Made by a program: the position numbers and the translations under genes. Positions 15,198 through 25,528 of a DNA stretch of 32,000 nt are shown piece by piece. Origin of the DNA: Acidobacteriota bacterium (GTDB lineage: Bacteria; Acidobacteriota; Terriglobia; Terriglobales; SCQP01); assembly GCA_021789895.1 (NCBI GenBank), contig JAJYIU010000005.1, positions 43,239-75,238 of the forward strand, written 5' to 3'. The notes under the pieces are model-generated. The model saw only the letters and a program-made list of their open reading frames with translations. It was not told the origin of the DNA and searched no databases. How positions within the stretch are numbered: the stretch's first letter is position 1; the number at the start of each line of letters is the position of its first letter.

Positions 15198-16631
15198 TTA
15201 GCGCGCGCCCGATTCCGCCTCGGCCGCCAGCAGGCGCGCCACCTGGGTCTTGAATTCCCGGCCGCGGTGCTCGTAATTTTCGAACTGGTCGAAGCTGGCG
15301 CAGGCGGGCGCCAGCAGCACGGTCTCGCCCGGTCGCGCTTCGGCGGCGGCGATCTCCAGCGCCTGTGCCAGCGTCCCGGCCATGCGCGGTGTCAGGCCGG
15401 CGGGCTCGAGGTGCGCCGCGATTTTTTCCGCCGCCGCCCCGATCAGCAGCACCCCCCGGGCGCGTTCCCGCAGCGGCGCCGCCAGCGGCGCATAATCGCT
15501 GTTCTTGTCTTTGCCGCCGAGAATCACCCACAGCCCGCCCTCGAACGCTTCCAGCGCCTTTAGCGTGGCGTCCACATTCGTGGCTTTCGAATCGTTGTAA
15601 TAATCCACTCCCCGGATGCGGGCCACGAATTCCAGCCGGTGCTCGACCGCCTTGAAGCTGGCCACTCCCTGCGCCAGCGCCGCCCGCCGCGCCGCCCCGC
15701 CTTGCTCCGGCGGCAGCAGCGCGCTGGCTGCGGCCAGCGCCGCCAGCGCGTTTTCCAGATTGTGCTTTCCTTTCAGCCGCAGCTCGCCGGCCTGCATTAA
15801 TTCCACCTCCGGCGCTCCCGCCCGCGGCCGCCAGACGATGGTGTCGCCGCGCAGGCTGACCCCGGCCTCGACCTCGGCGCCGGAGGCGTCGAACCACAGC
15901 ACGCGGCTGTTGATCTCGCCCGCGTAGGCGCGGCAGTAGGCGTCGCGGGCGTTGAGCACCGCCCAATCCTCGCCCATCTGCCGCAGGAAGATGCGCCGCT
16001 TCGCGGCCACATAATTTTCCATCGTGCCGTGGCGGTCCAGATGATCCGGAGTGAGATTGAGCACCACCGCGACCTGGGGATGAAATCCCCGGTCGGTGGT
16101 TTCCAATTGAAAACTCGACAGCTCGGCCACCGCGATCGTGTCGGGCCTGGAGCGCTCGACCATGTCAATCAACGGCGCGCCGATGTTGCCCCCCACCAGC
16201 ACTTCCTCGCCCAGGGTCGCCAGCAGGTGGCCGGTCAGGCTGGTGGTGGTGGTCTTGCCGTTCGAGCCGGTAATCGCGATCAGCCGCCCTTCGAGATAGC
16301 GCGCCGCCAGTTCGATCTCGCCCCAGACCGGAATCTGCTGCGCCCGCGCATCGGCCAGCAGCGGCAGGTCGGAAGGCACTCCGGGCGAAACGATGATGAA
16401 ATCCGAATCCAGGAACGTGCGCTTGCGGTGGCCGCCGGTTTCGATCGCCGCCCCGGCGGCCAGCAGGCGCTCGATTTCCGGCCTCAATTGCTGCGCCGGG
16501 CGCAGGTCGCTGACGATTACCCGCGCCCCCTGGCGCCGCAGAAACAGCGCCGCCGCCAGCCCGCTGCGCGCCATCCCCACCACCAGCGCTTGTTTGCCTG
16601 CCAGCTCCTCACGCATCGCCTGCTTGGCCAT
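15198..16631 (-). CDS. murD: UDP-N-acetylmuramoyl-L-alanine--D-glutamate ligase
   Basis: ITGSNGKTTTTSL P-loop, LSSFQLE, LNLTPDHLDRH, KGKHNLENALAA, NDSKATN and PACASFDQFENYEHRG motifs. Confidence 0.95.
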   Translation of the reverse strand: MAKQAMREELAGKQALVVGMARSGLAAALFLRRQGARVIVSDLRPAQQLRPEIERLLAAGAAIETGGHRKRTFLDSDFIIVSPGVPSDLPLLADARAQQIPVWGEIELAARYLEGRLIAITGSNGKTTTTSLTGHLLATLGEEVLVGGNIGAPLIDMVERSRPDTIAVAELSSFQLETTDRGFHPQVAVVLNLTPDHLDRHGTMENYVAAKRRIFLRQMGEDWAVLNARDAYCRAYAGEINSRVLWFDASGAEVEAGVSLRGDTIVWRPRAGAPEVELMQAGELRLKGKHNLENALAALAAASALLPPEQGGAARRAALAQGVASFKAVEHRLEFVARIRGVDYYNDSKATNVDATLKALEAFEGGLWVILGGKDKNSDYAPLAAPLRERARGVLLIGAAAEKIAAHLEPAGLTPRMAGTLAQALEIAAAEARPGETVLLAPACASFDQFENYEHRGREFKTQVARLLAAEAESGAR

Positions 16632-16643
16632 TGCAAGCGCTCC

Positions 16644-17777
16644 TTAACGCAGCTTGAGCGTGGTCAGCGAAAACATCGCGAAGACCAGCGCCAGAATCCA
16701 GAACCGGGTGATGATCTTCGATTCGCTCCAGCCCAGTTGCTCGAAATGGTGATGCAGCGGCGCCATTTTGAAGATTCGCCGGCGGCGCAGCTTGTAGCTG
16801 CCCACTTGCAGAATCACCGACAGCGCCTCAACCACGAAAATGCCGCCGATGAACGGCAGCAGCAGTTCCTGCTTGATGATCACCGCCATCGTCGCCAGCG
16901 CCCCGCCCAGCGAGAGCGAGCCGACGTCGCCCATGAATATTTCCGCCGGATGCGCGTTGTACCAGAGAAAGCCGATGCAAGCGCCCACCATCGAGCCGCC
17001 GAAGACGGTCAGCTCGCCCACCAGCGGCATGCGCTGCAGTTGCAGGTAGGAGGCGATGATGGCGTGCCCGGAAATGTAGGTCAGCACCGTCAGCGCGCCG
17101 GCGGCAACGATGGTGCAGCCGATCGCCAGCCCGTCGAGCCCGTCGGTTAGGTTCACCGCGTTGCTCGAACCAACCAGCACCAGCACCACGAACCCCAGAA
17201 ACGGCAGAAACGCCGCCACCATCAGTTGCCGGTAGTGCAGCAGCGCGGGAATGCTCAGCTCGGGCCGGAACTGCTTCAGGAAGGGCACCACCAGCCGGGT
17301 GGAATACAGGCCCCAGGCATGCAGCGCCAGCAGCGCCACCGCGATCAGCAGCGCCGCCACGATCTGCAGCATCATCTTCTGCCCCGAGCGCAGCCCCAGA
17401 TTCTGCCGCCGCCGCAGCTTGAGGGTGTCGTCCAGCAGCCCGATGCCGCCAAACGCCACCAGCGCGAAAACTGCCAGCCAGACGAACGGGTTCGACAGAT
17501 CGGCCCACAACAGCGTGGGAATCACGATCGCGATGATGATCAGCACCCCGCCCATGGTCGGCGTGCCGGCCTTCATCTGGTGCGTGCTCGGCCCTTCTTC
17601 CCGGATGTATTGCCCGATCTGGAATTCCCGCAGCCGCTGGATCAGCCAAGGCCCCACCAGCAGCGAGATTGCCAGCGCCGTCAGGCCCGCAAACGCCGTC
17701 CGAAACGTCAGATACCGGAAAAGCCGAAGGGTATGGTTATACGGGTAAAGCTTGAGATACAGGAGCCAATACAGCAT
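16644..17777 (-). CDS. mraY: Phospho-N-acetylmuramoyl-pentapeptide transferase
   Basis: KAGTPTMGG, LLDDTLKL, NAVNLTDGLDGLA, FMGDVGSLSLGGAL and MAPLHHHFE motifs; 377 aa. Confidence 0.96.
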   Translation of the reverse strand: MLYWLLYLKLYPYNHTLRLFRYLTFRTAFAGLTALAISLLVGPWLIQRLREFQIGQYIREEGPSTHQMKAGTPTMGGVLIIIAIVIPTLLWADLSNPFVWLAVFALVAFGGIGLLDDTLKLRRRQNLGLRSGQKMMLQIVAALLIAVALLALHAWGLYSTRLVVPFLKQFRPELSIPALLHYRQLMVAAFLPFLGFVVLVLVGSSNAVNLTDGLDGLAIGCTIVAAGALTVLTYISGHAIIASYLQLQRMPLVGELTVFGGSMVGACIGFLWYNAHPAEIFMGDVGSLSLGGALATMAVIIKQELLLPFIGGIFVVEALSVILQVGSYKLRRRRIFKMAPLHHHFEQLGWSESKIITRFWILALVFAMFSLTTLKLR

Positions 17778-17871
17778 GCGCGCGCGCCGTAACCGTCAGC
17801 GAAACCTCCGGAAAACCATGCTGCCGCATTTGGCCTGCGATTACAAGCGCGCCGGGCGTGGCGCCGGAGGT

Positions 17872-18473
<602 letters not shown>

Positions 18474-18477
<4 letters not shown>

Positions 18478-18968
18478 ATGCCGTTCCCCTGTGCCCGCGC
18501 CGCACCGCCGCCGTAAAACTGCTGCAGCGCCTGGCGCAGCGGCTCGAAGCCGGAAAACACCTGCGTGGCGCAGCCCAGCACCCAGCCGCTGGTCCGCTCC
18601 ACCGGCTGTCCCAGCACCATCCACACCGGCAGCCCCCGCCGGTGCGCCAGCGTCAGCTCCGCCTGCGTGCCCGCTCCCCGCGCCGCGTACTCGTCCCAGT
18701 ACGCGATCAGGTAATCGCTGCGCTGCTCGATCCAGTCGAGATCATAAGCGATGATTTTGCGCATCACCGCCTGAAAACGCTCCAGGTCGCTGGTCTTCCA
18801 GCCGCGAAACTGCCGCCGCTCCTCCTCGGTCAGGTTCTTGCGCTCGTCTTGGGCCGGATCGTACACCTCGTGTCCCAGCGATAGCAGAAACGGTGTCAGC
18901 GCGCCGCGCCAGGCGCGCCCGTGATCGGGCGCGTACTCGATCGCCCCCGATAAATAAGCGCGTGGCAT
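18474..18968 (-). CDS. Nucleoside 2-deoxyribosyltransferase / DNPH1(Rcl)-like fold protein (hypothetical)
   Basis: 164 aa. N-terminal AYLSGAI (beta1 followed by a Gly loop), [17 protein letters not shown], then [21 protein letters not shown]. This resembles the xGxGxELGyAxxxGKpV catalytic-Glu segment of NDT-clan proteins. The assignment is from motif memory only. Confidence 0.45.
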
Positions 18969-18969
18969 C

Positions 18970-19413
18970 TCAGTCCCGGCCCCCGCGCCGGCCCGGCCGC
19001 GGCCAGACGGCGGTGATGCGGCTGCTCAACCCCCCGCGCGGGCGAAACTCGCCCTCTACCCGCGCCCAGACCGGACGGCAGCTCCGCACCAGGTCCTCCA
19101 GCACCCGGTTGACCGCGTTCTCGTAAAAAATGCCCAGGTTGCGGTAGGCCAGCAGGTATTCTTTCAGCGATTTCAGCTCCACGCATTCCCGGCCGGGCAT
19201 GTAGGTGATCGTCAGCGTGGCGAAATCCGGCAGCCCGGTCTTGGGGCAGACGGAAGTGTACTCCGGAACCTCTATGCGGATTTCATAGCCGTGATACTGG
19301 TTGGGCCAGGTTTCCAGCGCCGGCAGCGGAGCTTTCAGCCCGGCCCGGGCGTGCTCCTCGCTGTAGCCGTGCGCGCTGGCCTTGGACATGCTCCCCAGCA
19401 TAGCAGCAGCCAT
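18970..19413 (-). CDS. queF: NADPH-dependent 7-cyano-7-deazaguanine (preQ0) reductase, unimodular type
   Basis: EYTSVCPKTGLPDFATLTITYMP carries the catalytic Cys, VELKSLKEYLLAYRN is the QueF motif, and FRPRGG lies near the C-terminus. The start is uncertain: TTG 19425 or ATG 19413/19401/19389. The stop lies 1 nt before the next gene's ATG. Confidence 0.9.
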   Translation of the reverse strand: MAAAMLGSMSKASAHGYSEEHARAGLKAPLPALETWPNQYHGYEIRIEVPEYTSVCPKTGLPDFATLTITYMPGRECVELKSLKEYLLAYRNLGIFYENAVNRVLEDLVRSCRPVWARVEGEFRPRGGLSSRITAVWPRPGRRGGRD

Positions 19414-19429
19414 CGCTCCGGCCAAACCG

Positions 19430-20311
19430 CTAGGCTGCCCGCGTCGGCTGTGGCGCCGCCTCGCGCGCGCGTGTCTTCGGCTGCAGTTGAATGCCGCGCG
19501 CCTTCAGCATCTCCGAATGCACTTCGGCGCCCACCAATATCGCCAGCGCGGCGAAATAAAACCACAGCATCAGCGCGATCACCGCCCCCAGCGAGCCGTA
19601 AAACACCGAGTAGTTGCTCAAATGATTGATGTAGAACGCCAGCCCTGCCGAGATCAGTCCCCAGATGATCAGCGCCGTCACCGCCGCCGGCAGCAGGCTC
19701 ACCTGCGTGCGCCCGACGTTGGGCGCGAAGCGGTAAAGCAGCAGCACCGCCAGTACCAGGCAGACGCCGATCAGTCCCCACTGCAGCAGCGGCCAGAGCA
19801 GCCGCAGCAGCAGCCCCGGGTGAGTTCCCGTGAACAGGAGCAGCAGTTTTTTGCCCAGCAGCAGCGCCGCCAGGGCAATGGCCATAAAGATGCCCGCGCT
19901 GCTGGCCAGCCCCAGCGAGAGCAGCAGCCGCTTCCAGTAAGGACGCGTCTCTTTGATCTCGTAGGCGACGTCCAGCGCCCAGGTCAGCCCTGAAAACCCC
20001 TGCGAGGCGGTATACATCAATAAAAGCGTGCTCACGCTCAAGAGCGTGGAATGCTGTGTCTGCACCAGGTGCCAGAGCTGATCGGCGACCAGTTGCGCCG
20101 CATTCCAGGGCAGCGCGCGGCCGAGATATTGGATCGCATTCTGCGCCAGCCAGCGCGCGTGGAAAGCGCCCAGCAGCGCGGCCAGGAGCAGCATGAGTGG
20201 AAAAAGCGAAAACAGGAAGTAATAGCTGAGCGCCGCCGCCCAATCCAGCAGATCGTCGGCCATGGATTCCTGCAGCACTTTTTTTGCCAGCTGCAGTCTG
20301 CCCATCTTCAA
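19430..20311 (-). CDS. YihY/BrkB (virulence factor BrkB / former RNase BN) family inner membrane protein
   Basis: DDLLDWAAALSYYFLFSLFPLMLLLAALLG and the C-terminal YGSLGAVIALMLWFYFAALAILVGAE are family signatures. The start is TTG 20311 or ATG 20305. Confidence 0.85.
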   Translation of the reverse strand: MKMGRLQLAKKVLQESMADDLLDWAAALSYYFLFSLFPLMLLLAALLGAFHARWLAQNAIQYLGRALPWNAAQLVADQLWHLVQTQHSTLLSVSTLLLMYTASQGFSGLTWALDVAYEIKETRPYWKRLLLSLGLASSAGIFMAIALAALLLGKKLLLLFTGTHPGLLLRLLWPLLQWGLIGVCLVLAVLLLYRFAPNVGRTQVSLLPAAVTALIIWGLISAGLAFYINHLSNYSVFYGSLGAVIALMLWFYFAALAILVGAEVHSEMLKARGIQLQPKTRAREAAPQPTRAA

Positions 20312-20391
20312 GCAGATGGGGTAAAAAGAGCGTCAGGTGGTCTCGGTCCGGCCATCTTGGCTGCGCCTCGCCGGCGCGCCGGAAATTTCCA

Positions 20392-20943
20392 TTACGGGCG
20401 CGCCCGCCGGGCAGGATGCTGTGTCCTGCCGGCCAGCAGCTCGAGCGCGTGCGGCAGCAGCGGCCCGATCGCCTGCAGGCATTCTTTCACCGCCCGCGGG
20501 CTCCCTGGCAGATTGACGATCAGGCAGCGCCCGCGCACCCCGGCCGTCCCCCGGCTCAGCCATGCCAGCGGCGTTTTGCGCGCCGTGGCCGCGCGCATGT
20601 GCTCCGCCAGCCCCGGCGCCAGCCGGTCGCAGACCGCAAGCGTGGCTTCCGGAGTAATGTCGCGCGCTGCCAGGCCTGTTCCGCCCGTGGTCACCAGCAG
20701 CTCGACTGCGCCCGCGAGCCGCGACAATGCCCGGCGAATCCTGGCCGCTTCGTCCGGCGCCGCTTCGCTGGCCGCGACCTTCGCCCCCGCCGCCCGCAGC
20801 CAGGCTGCCGCGGCCGGGCCGGAAAGGTCGGCTCGCGTCCCTGCCGCTACGCCATCGCTGACCGTCAACACCGCCGCCCGCGTGCCCGGCGGCAGCCGCG
20901 GCGTTCGCGCCCGGCGCCGGCTCGCGCTTGCTCGTGCGCTCAT
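20392..20943 (-). CDS. mogA: Molybdopterin adenylyltransferase / MoaB-MogA family molybdenum cofactor biosynthesis protein
   Basis: AAVLTVSDG...[20 protein letters not shown]...[28 protein letters not shown]. Confidence 0.88.
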   Translation of the reverse strand: MSARASASRRRARTPRLPPGTRAAVLTVSDGVAAGTRADLSGPAAAAWLRAAGAKVAASEAAPDEAARIRRALSRLAGAVELLVTTGGTGLAARDITPEATLAVCDRLAPGLAEHMRAATARKTPLAWLSRGTAGVRGRCLIVNLPGSPRAVKECLQAIGPLLPHALELLAGRTQHPARRARP

Positions 20944-21473
20944 TTCCCCCGCCCTGGCCCGCGGCGGCGCCAGTGGCCGCTCTTGCCGCCGCTTTTTTCC
21001 ACTAAGCGCAGCCGCTCGATCTGCATCCCCGGCGCGGTCGCCTTCAGCATGTCGTACACCGTCAGCGCGGCGGCGCTGGCTGCCACCAGCGCCTCCATTT
21101 CCACTCCCGTCACCGCCGTCGCCGCCGCCGTCGCGATAATCTCCAGCCCCTCCCGACGCCGTCGGAACTCGATCGCCACATGCTCCAGCGGCAGCGCATG
21201 GCAGAGCGGCACCAGCTCCGGCGTGCGCTTCGCCGCCTGTATGCCGGCTATCCTCGCAACCTCCAACGGATCCCCCTTGGGATTACGCGGCATCTCCTTC
21301 CATACCCGCGCCGGAAATTTCAGCCGCGCCTCCGCCCTCGCCACCCGCCGCGTCGGCGCCTTCCCGCCCACGTCCACCATCCGTACTTCCCCGCCGCGCC
21401 AATAATGCGTTAGCTGTTTCACGGCTGTTATTGTAGCTTGCGGCGCCCTGCCGCCGTCAGCCGCCGGCGTCAT
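20940..21473 (-). CDS. moaC: Cyclic pyranopterin monophosphate synthase
   Basis: [27 protein letters not shown]...[22 protein letters not shown]...[24 protein letters not shown]. Its stop overlaps the mogA ATG (ATGA). Confidence 0.93.
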   Translation of the reverse strand: MTPAADGGRAPQATITAVKQLTHYWRGGEVRMVDVGGKAPTRRVARAEARLKFPARVWKEMPRNPKGDPLEVARIAGIQAAKRTPELVPLCHALPLEHVAIEFRRRREGLEIIATAAATAVTGVEMEALVAASAAALTVYDMLKATAPGMQIERLRLVEKSGGKSGHWRRRGPGRGK

Positions 21474-21592
21474 TCCGTCCGTCGCCGCGATTCATCCCGG
21501 CTCAACTCTGGCTTTCAGCCTCTGGATGCTTTCAGCCTGCGCCTCTGGCCTTCGGCTTTCCGCCGGCGCGGATTTCTTCTACACTTATCGCC

Positions 21593-23494
21593 ATGCCGCG
21601 ACCTGTCTTCCGCCTCTCCGGCGCCCGCCCATGGCTCGTGATTGCCCTCTGCGCGCCCTGGCTGTGGTCCATTTCTGCCGCCGCGCAGGCATCCTCCGCC
21701 GCGCCCCCATGGAAACCCTGGCATCCCGATTTCCGCCATTGGTTCCGGCGCGAGGCGGTGTACATTCCCATGCGCGACGGCGTCAGGCTGTACACCGAAA
21801 TCTATATCCCCATCAACCGCCCCGGCCCGTTTCCCATCCTGCTCAATCGCACCCCTTACGGCGTCACCGACAACCGGCAGGGCTTCTGCCGCTCGCTCCG
21901 CCTCTACCGCGCCCTGGCGCGCGATGGCTACATCTTCGCCTTTCAGGATATCCGCGGGCGCTTTCGTTCCGGCGGCCATTTCATCATGAACCGCCCGCCC
22001 CGCGCCGCCGGCGAGCGAACCGACGAAAGCACCGACGCCTACGACACCATCCAATGGCTCGTCCGCCACGTCCCCGGCAATAACGAGCGCGCCGGCATCT
22101 TTGGCATCTCCTATGGCGGCTGGCTCAGCGCCATGGCCCTGCTCGATCCGCCGCCCGCGCTCAAGGCTGTTTCCGAGCAAGCTTCGCCCGGCGACATGTT
22201 TTTGGGCGACGACTTTCACCATAACGGCGCCTTCCGCCTCAGCTACGGGTTCGAATACGCGGCGATGATGGAAACCAATAAGACCAATTTCCATTTCCGG
22301 TTCAACCGCTACGACACCTTCGAATGGTATTGGCGCCTCGGCCCGCTCGCGAACGTCAACCGCTTATTCCTGCACGGCTCGCTGCCTTCCTGGAACCATT
22401 TCGTCGAGCACCCCAACTACGACGCCTTTTGGAAAACCCAGGCCATCTGGCGCTACCTGCAGCGCTTGCCGCGCGTTCCGGTGCCGACCCTCAACGTCGC
22501 CGGTTGGTGGGACCAGGAAGATTTCTATGGCCCGCAAAAAATCTATTCCACCCTTGAGCGGCTCCCCGGCCATAACCGCAATTTCCTCGTCGTCGGACCG
22601 TGGAACCATGGCGGCTGGGCCGCCGGCCCCGGCGATCATCTCGGCCCCGTTCGCTTCCATAGCAGCACCGGCGCGTATTTCCGCGAGCGCATTGAAGCCC
22701 CCTGGTTTGCCTATTGGCTGAAAGGACGCGGCCGGCTGCCCTTCCCTAAGGCCGCCGCCTTTGAAACCGGCCTCAATCGCTGGCGCCGTTATTCCGCCTG
22801 GCCGCCGCGGCGTTCCCGCGTCCGCCGCCTCTATCTGCGCGCCGGCATGCGGCTCAGCTTTTCCCCGCCCGCCGCCGCCTCCGCCTTCGATCGCTACTTG
22901 AGCAATCCGCAAACCCCGGTCCCCTATTACCCGCGCCCGATTCGCCCTACTTATCCCGGGCCGAAGTGGCCGGTCTGGCTGGTGCGCGACCAGCGCTTTG
23001 CCAATCTCCGCCCCGATGTGCTGAGCTGGGAAACTCCCGCGCTCTCCCATCCGCTCGCCATCGCCGGCGATATTCGCGCCCATCTCTTCGCCTCCACCAG
23101 CGGCAGCGATAGCGATTGGGTGGTCAAGCTGATTGACGTCTATCCCCAGCGCCTCCCCGCCCATCCCGCCATGGGCGGATACGAGCTGATGATCGCCGAT
23201 GAAATCTTCCGCGGCCGCTTTCTCCACAGCTTCCGCCATCCCCAGCCGCTCGTTCCCGGACGCATCAATCGGTTCGTTATCGATCTCCATGGCAACGATC
23301 ATGTCTTCCTGCCCGGCCATCGCATCATGGTCCAGGTGCAGAGCACGCTGTTCCCGCTCTACGACCGCAATCCGCAAAAGTTCGTGCCCAATATCTTTCT
23401 CGCCCGTCCGCAGGATTTCATCACCGCCCGGCAAAAGATCTGGCGTAGCCGCCGCCACGCCTCTTATATCGAACTGCCGGTCGCGGCGCAGTGA
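21593..23494 (+). CDS. CocE/NonD family hydrolase (S15 X-Pro dipeptidyl-peptidase-like), secreted
   Basis: Signal-like N-terminus. IPMRDGVRLYTEIYIP...PILLNRTPYG...FQDIRGRFRSGG...DAYDTIQWL...GIFGISYGGW contains the nucleophile Ser motif GxSYGG, followed by the C-terminal PepX_C-like beta-sandwich region. Confidence 0.88.
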   Translation: MPRPVFRLSGARPWLVIALCAPWLWSISAAAQASSAAPPWKPWHPDFRHWFRREAVYIPMRDGVRLYTEIYIPINRPGPFPILLNRTPYGVTDNRQGFCRSLRLYRALARDGYIFAFQDIRGRFRSGGHFIMNRPPRAAGERTDESTDAYDTIQWLVRHVPGNNERAGIFGISYGGWLSAMALLDPPPALKAVSEQASPGDMFLGDDFHHNGAFRLSYGFEYAAMMETNKTNFHFRFNRYDTFEWYWRLGPLANVNRLFLHGSLPSWNHFVEHPNYDAFWKTQAIWRYLQRLPRVPVPTLNVAGWWDQEDFYGPQKIYSTLERLPGHNRNFLVVGPWNHGGWAAGPGDHLGPVRFHSSTGAYFRERIEAPWFAYWLKGRGRLPFPKAAAFETGLNRWRRYSAWPPRRSRVRRLYLRAGMRLSFSPPAAASAFDRYLSNPQTPVPYYPRPIRPTYPGPKWPVWLVRDQRFANLRPDVLSWETPALSHPLAIAGDIRAHLFASTSGSDSDWVVKLIDVYPQRLPAHPAMGGYELMIADEIFRGRFLHSFRHPQPLVPGRINRFVIDLHGNDHVFLPGHRIMVQVQSTLFPLYDRNPQKFVPNIFLARPQDFITARQKIWRSRRHASYIELPVAAQ

Positions 23495-23530
23495 TGGCGC
23501 TCTCCTGTTGGTCTATGGCTCTCTTCACCC

Positions 23531-23571
23531 GGTAAAAACACGACGGGGCGGGCAATCGCTTGCCCGCCCCG
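23531..23571. terminator. Intrinsic terminator between convergent genes (best for the minus-strand gene)
   Basis: Perfect 12-bp stem CGGGGCGGGCAA (23544-23555) with UUGCCCGCCCCG (23560-23571) and loop UCGC. On the minus strand it is followed by UCGUGUUUUUACC. There is no U tract on the plus side. Confidence 0.7.
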
Positions 23572-23603
23572 CGTGCACGGCTGCTTGCGCCCCAAGCCTG
23601 CGC

Positions 23604-24443
23604 TTAGTGGCTGGCTTGCGCCGAAGTGCTCGATGCGGCCGAAGCCGACGCCGGACCGGTAACCAGCACCATATTCGTGCCCGAGTTCAATACCAGGTTG
23701 CCGTGCGGCGCCACCAGCAGCGACGACTGCGAGTTGCCCTCGGCCCGGACCGGCAGCACGTGAAACGCCGCCCCATTCGAGGCCCGTAGCATCCCGCCGG
23801 TCATCGCGGAGGTTTGCGCCCCCAACCCGGCGCCAACGTTGCCCGCAATTTGCGTGCCGGAATTCACCGCGCCGCCCAGCGCCCCGCCGGCGCCGCCTAC
23901 CAGCCCGCCGCCGGCGCTCATCGCGCCGCCGCCGCCCACGCCCATCGGCTGCGCCATCGGCGGAGGCGTGAACCCGGCCTGCATCTCCGAGCTGCCCGCC
24001 AATACCTGCATAATGCTGGCGTGAATCGGAATCCGCCGGCCCTGGCGCGTAACCGCTTCGCTGAACAGCACTCCCAGCGACGAGCGTGCATGGCTGTTCG
24101 CCGCCGCCTGGACTTGCGTGATCCGCCCGTACAGTCGCGTTCCCTTCGGCAGCACCACCCGCCCCTGGCTCTTCACCGAGCTGGTCGTCACCGCCTGCAC
24201 CTGCTGGCCGACGCGCGCATGCCGCGTGTCCAGGCGCGATTTCAACTTGGCTTGAATCTTCGTCTGGCTGGAAAGGCTCCAGCCGGCCGCCGCGGGCGCT
24301 GCTCCATTATTGGAAGCCGGCGATGCCGATCCGGTATTGCCGTGCTGCGACGGCCGCGGGGGATGGTTCGGGGGCGTGGATTGCGCCAGGCCCAGGAATG
24401 GCAGCCCTAATATTAAACTGGCCAACACGAGTTTGTTTTTCAT
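23604..24443 (-). CDS. Secreted hypothetical protein with Gly/Ala-rich central region
   Basis: I start it at ATG 24443 (MKNKLVLASLILGLPFLGLAQS, a clear signal peptide) with GGAGG 10 nt upstream; the track start at 24581 is an unsupported extension. The central run is GVGGGGAMSAGGGLVGGAGGALGGAVNSG. I recognise no family. Confidence 0.6.
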   Translation of the reverse strand: MKNKLVLASLILGLPFLGLAQSTPPNHPPRPSQHGNTGSASPASNNGAAPAAAGWSLSSQTKIQAKLKSRLDTRHARVGQQVQAVTTSSVKSQGRVVLPKGTRLYGRITQVQAAANSHARSSLGVLFSEAVTRQGRRIPIHASIMQVLAGSSEMQAGFTPPPMAQPMGVGGGGAMSAGGGLVGGAGGALGGAVNSGTQIAGNVGAGLGAQTSAMTGGMLRASNGAAFHVLPVRAEGNSQSSLLVAPHGNLVLNSGTNMVLVTGPASASAASSTSAQASH

Positions 24444-24694
24444 GCTTCTGAGTCCTCCGTAAAAGCCCAGCCGGCATTTCAATATGCAAATAGTTTGCCA
24501 TCCTAAGCCAAAAGTTAAACCCTTCAAAATCAAGGAGTTGCCAAGATTTGCCGCCCGCAGTGCATAGTTATGTCCTGGCATGTCTGACGCTTCACAGTCA
24601 TAGCACTATGCAATTTCATCCTCGCTTAAGCTTGGCCCCCATCCTTCCCGCCACGCCGCTTCGCATCCTTTCCCGCGCAAGGTAAAATCTGTCT

Positions 24695-25318
24695 ATGCCT
24701 GCTTTAAAACCGTTCCGGGCAGCCGGCTTGGCTGCGCTTGCGTTCCTCTTCACCTTTGCTGCCGGGGCCGCGCGCCCCGCCGCTACCCGGCCCCTGCCCG
24801 CGCGTCCCCCGCTCGGCAATCCCCATGCCCGGGTCAAGGTCTATATCTTTGAGGACCTCGAATGCCCGGATTGCGCCTTGTGGCATAAATATCTGCGATC
24901 CACCATCCTGCCCCGCTACGGCAGCCGGGTGGCATTTTATCTGCGCGACTATCCCCTGCCACAACATAACTGGTCCTACAACGCTGCCGTGCTGGAACGC
25001 TTCTTCGCCGCGCATAACTCCCGCCTGTACTTTGCCTGGATTGATTATTGTTACGATCATCAGGCCGAAATCACCCCCGAAAACCTGATGAACCGCGCTG
25101 CTGCCCTCGCCGCCCCTTACGGCTTGACTCTGGACCGGTTGCAGCAAGCGTTTTCCAATGAACGCTACTTTCAGGCGGTGCAAAAAGACCAGTCTTTAGG
25201 CAACCGGATCGGGATTGATCACACCCCAACCATCTTTCTCGATCGGCCGGGTGGTGCGCAGGTCACTACCTTCGCCCAGTTCCAGCAAGCGCTCGCCCGC
25301 CAACTGCATGCGCGCTAG
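24695..25318 (+). CDS. DsbA/thioredoxin-like thiol:disulfide oxidoreductase, secreted
   Basis: Signal-like N-terminus, then VKVYIFEDLECPDCALWHKYL with a CPDC active site, and a C-terminal IDHTPTIFL cis-Pro loop region typical of DsbA-family (Thioredoxin_4) proteins. Confidence 0.8.
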   Translation: MPALKPFRAAGLAALAFLFTFAAGAARPAATRPLPARPPLGNPHARVKVYIFEDLECPDCALWHKYLRSTILPRYGSRVAFYLRDYPLPQHNWSYNAAVLERFFAAHNSRLYFAWIDYCYDHQAEITPENLMNRAAALAAPYGLTLDRLQQAFSNERYFQAVQKDQSLGNRIGIDHTPTIFLDRPGGAQVTTFAQFQQALARQLHAR

Positions 25319-25528
25319 CCTCCTCCCGGCTTGGGAGTGAGTGCTGATTTGAAACCGGGGCATTTTCCACGGTGTCGGTGTGGGCCGGTGCGGTTCCGGA
25401 ATTGTAAAAGATGGGTGACTCGCGCGCCGTCTGTTCCTTCTAACTCAGCATTGGGCTAGGCAACCAGGCACCCGCGCCCGGCGCGACGGCCGGCCAGCTC
25501 AGGCGGAACACAGAAAGAACCTCAGGCT

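Noticed and set aside
19390-19440. Looked for a preQ1 riboswitch upstream of queF.
   Set aside because: At most about 40 nt separate the yihY-family stop from any plausible queF start. The sequence (GGGCAGCCUAGCGGUUUGGCCGGAGCG...) does not resemble the preQ1-I hairpin plus A-rich tail.
21474-21592. Looked for a Moco riboswitch upstream of moaC.
   Set aside because: The 119-bp divergent spacer is too short for the motif plus two promoters. I could not see the conserved Moco RNA helices.
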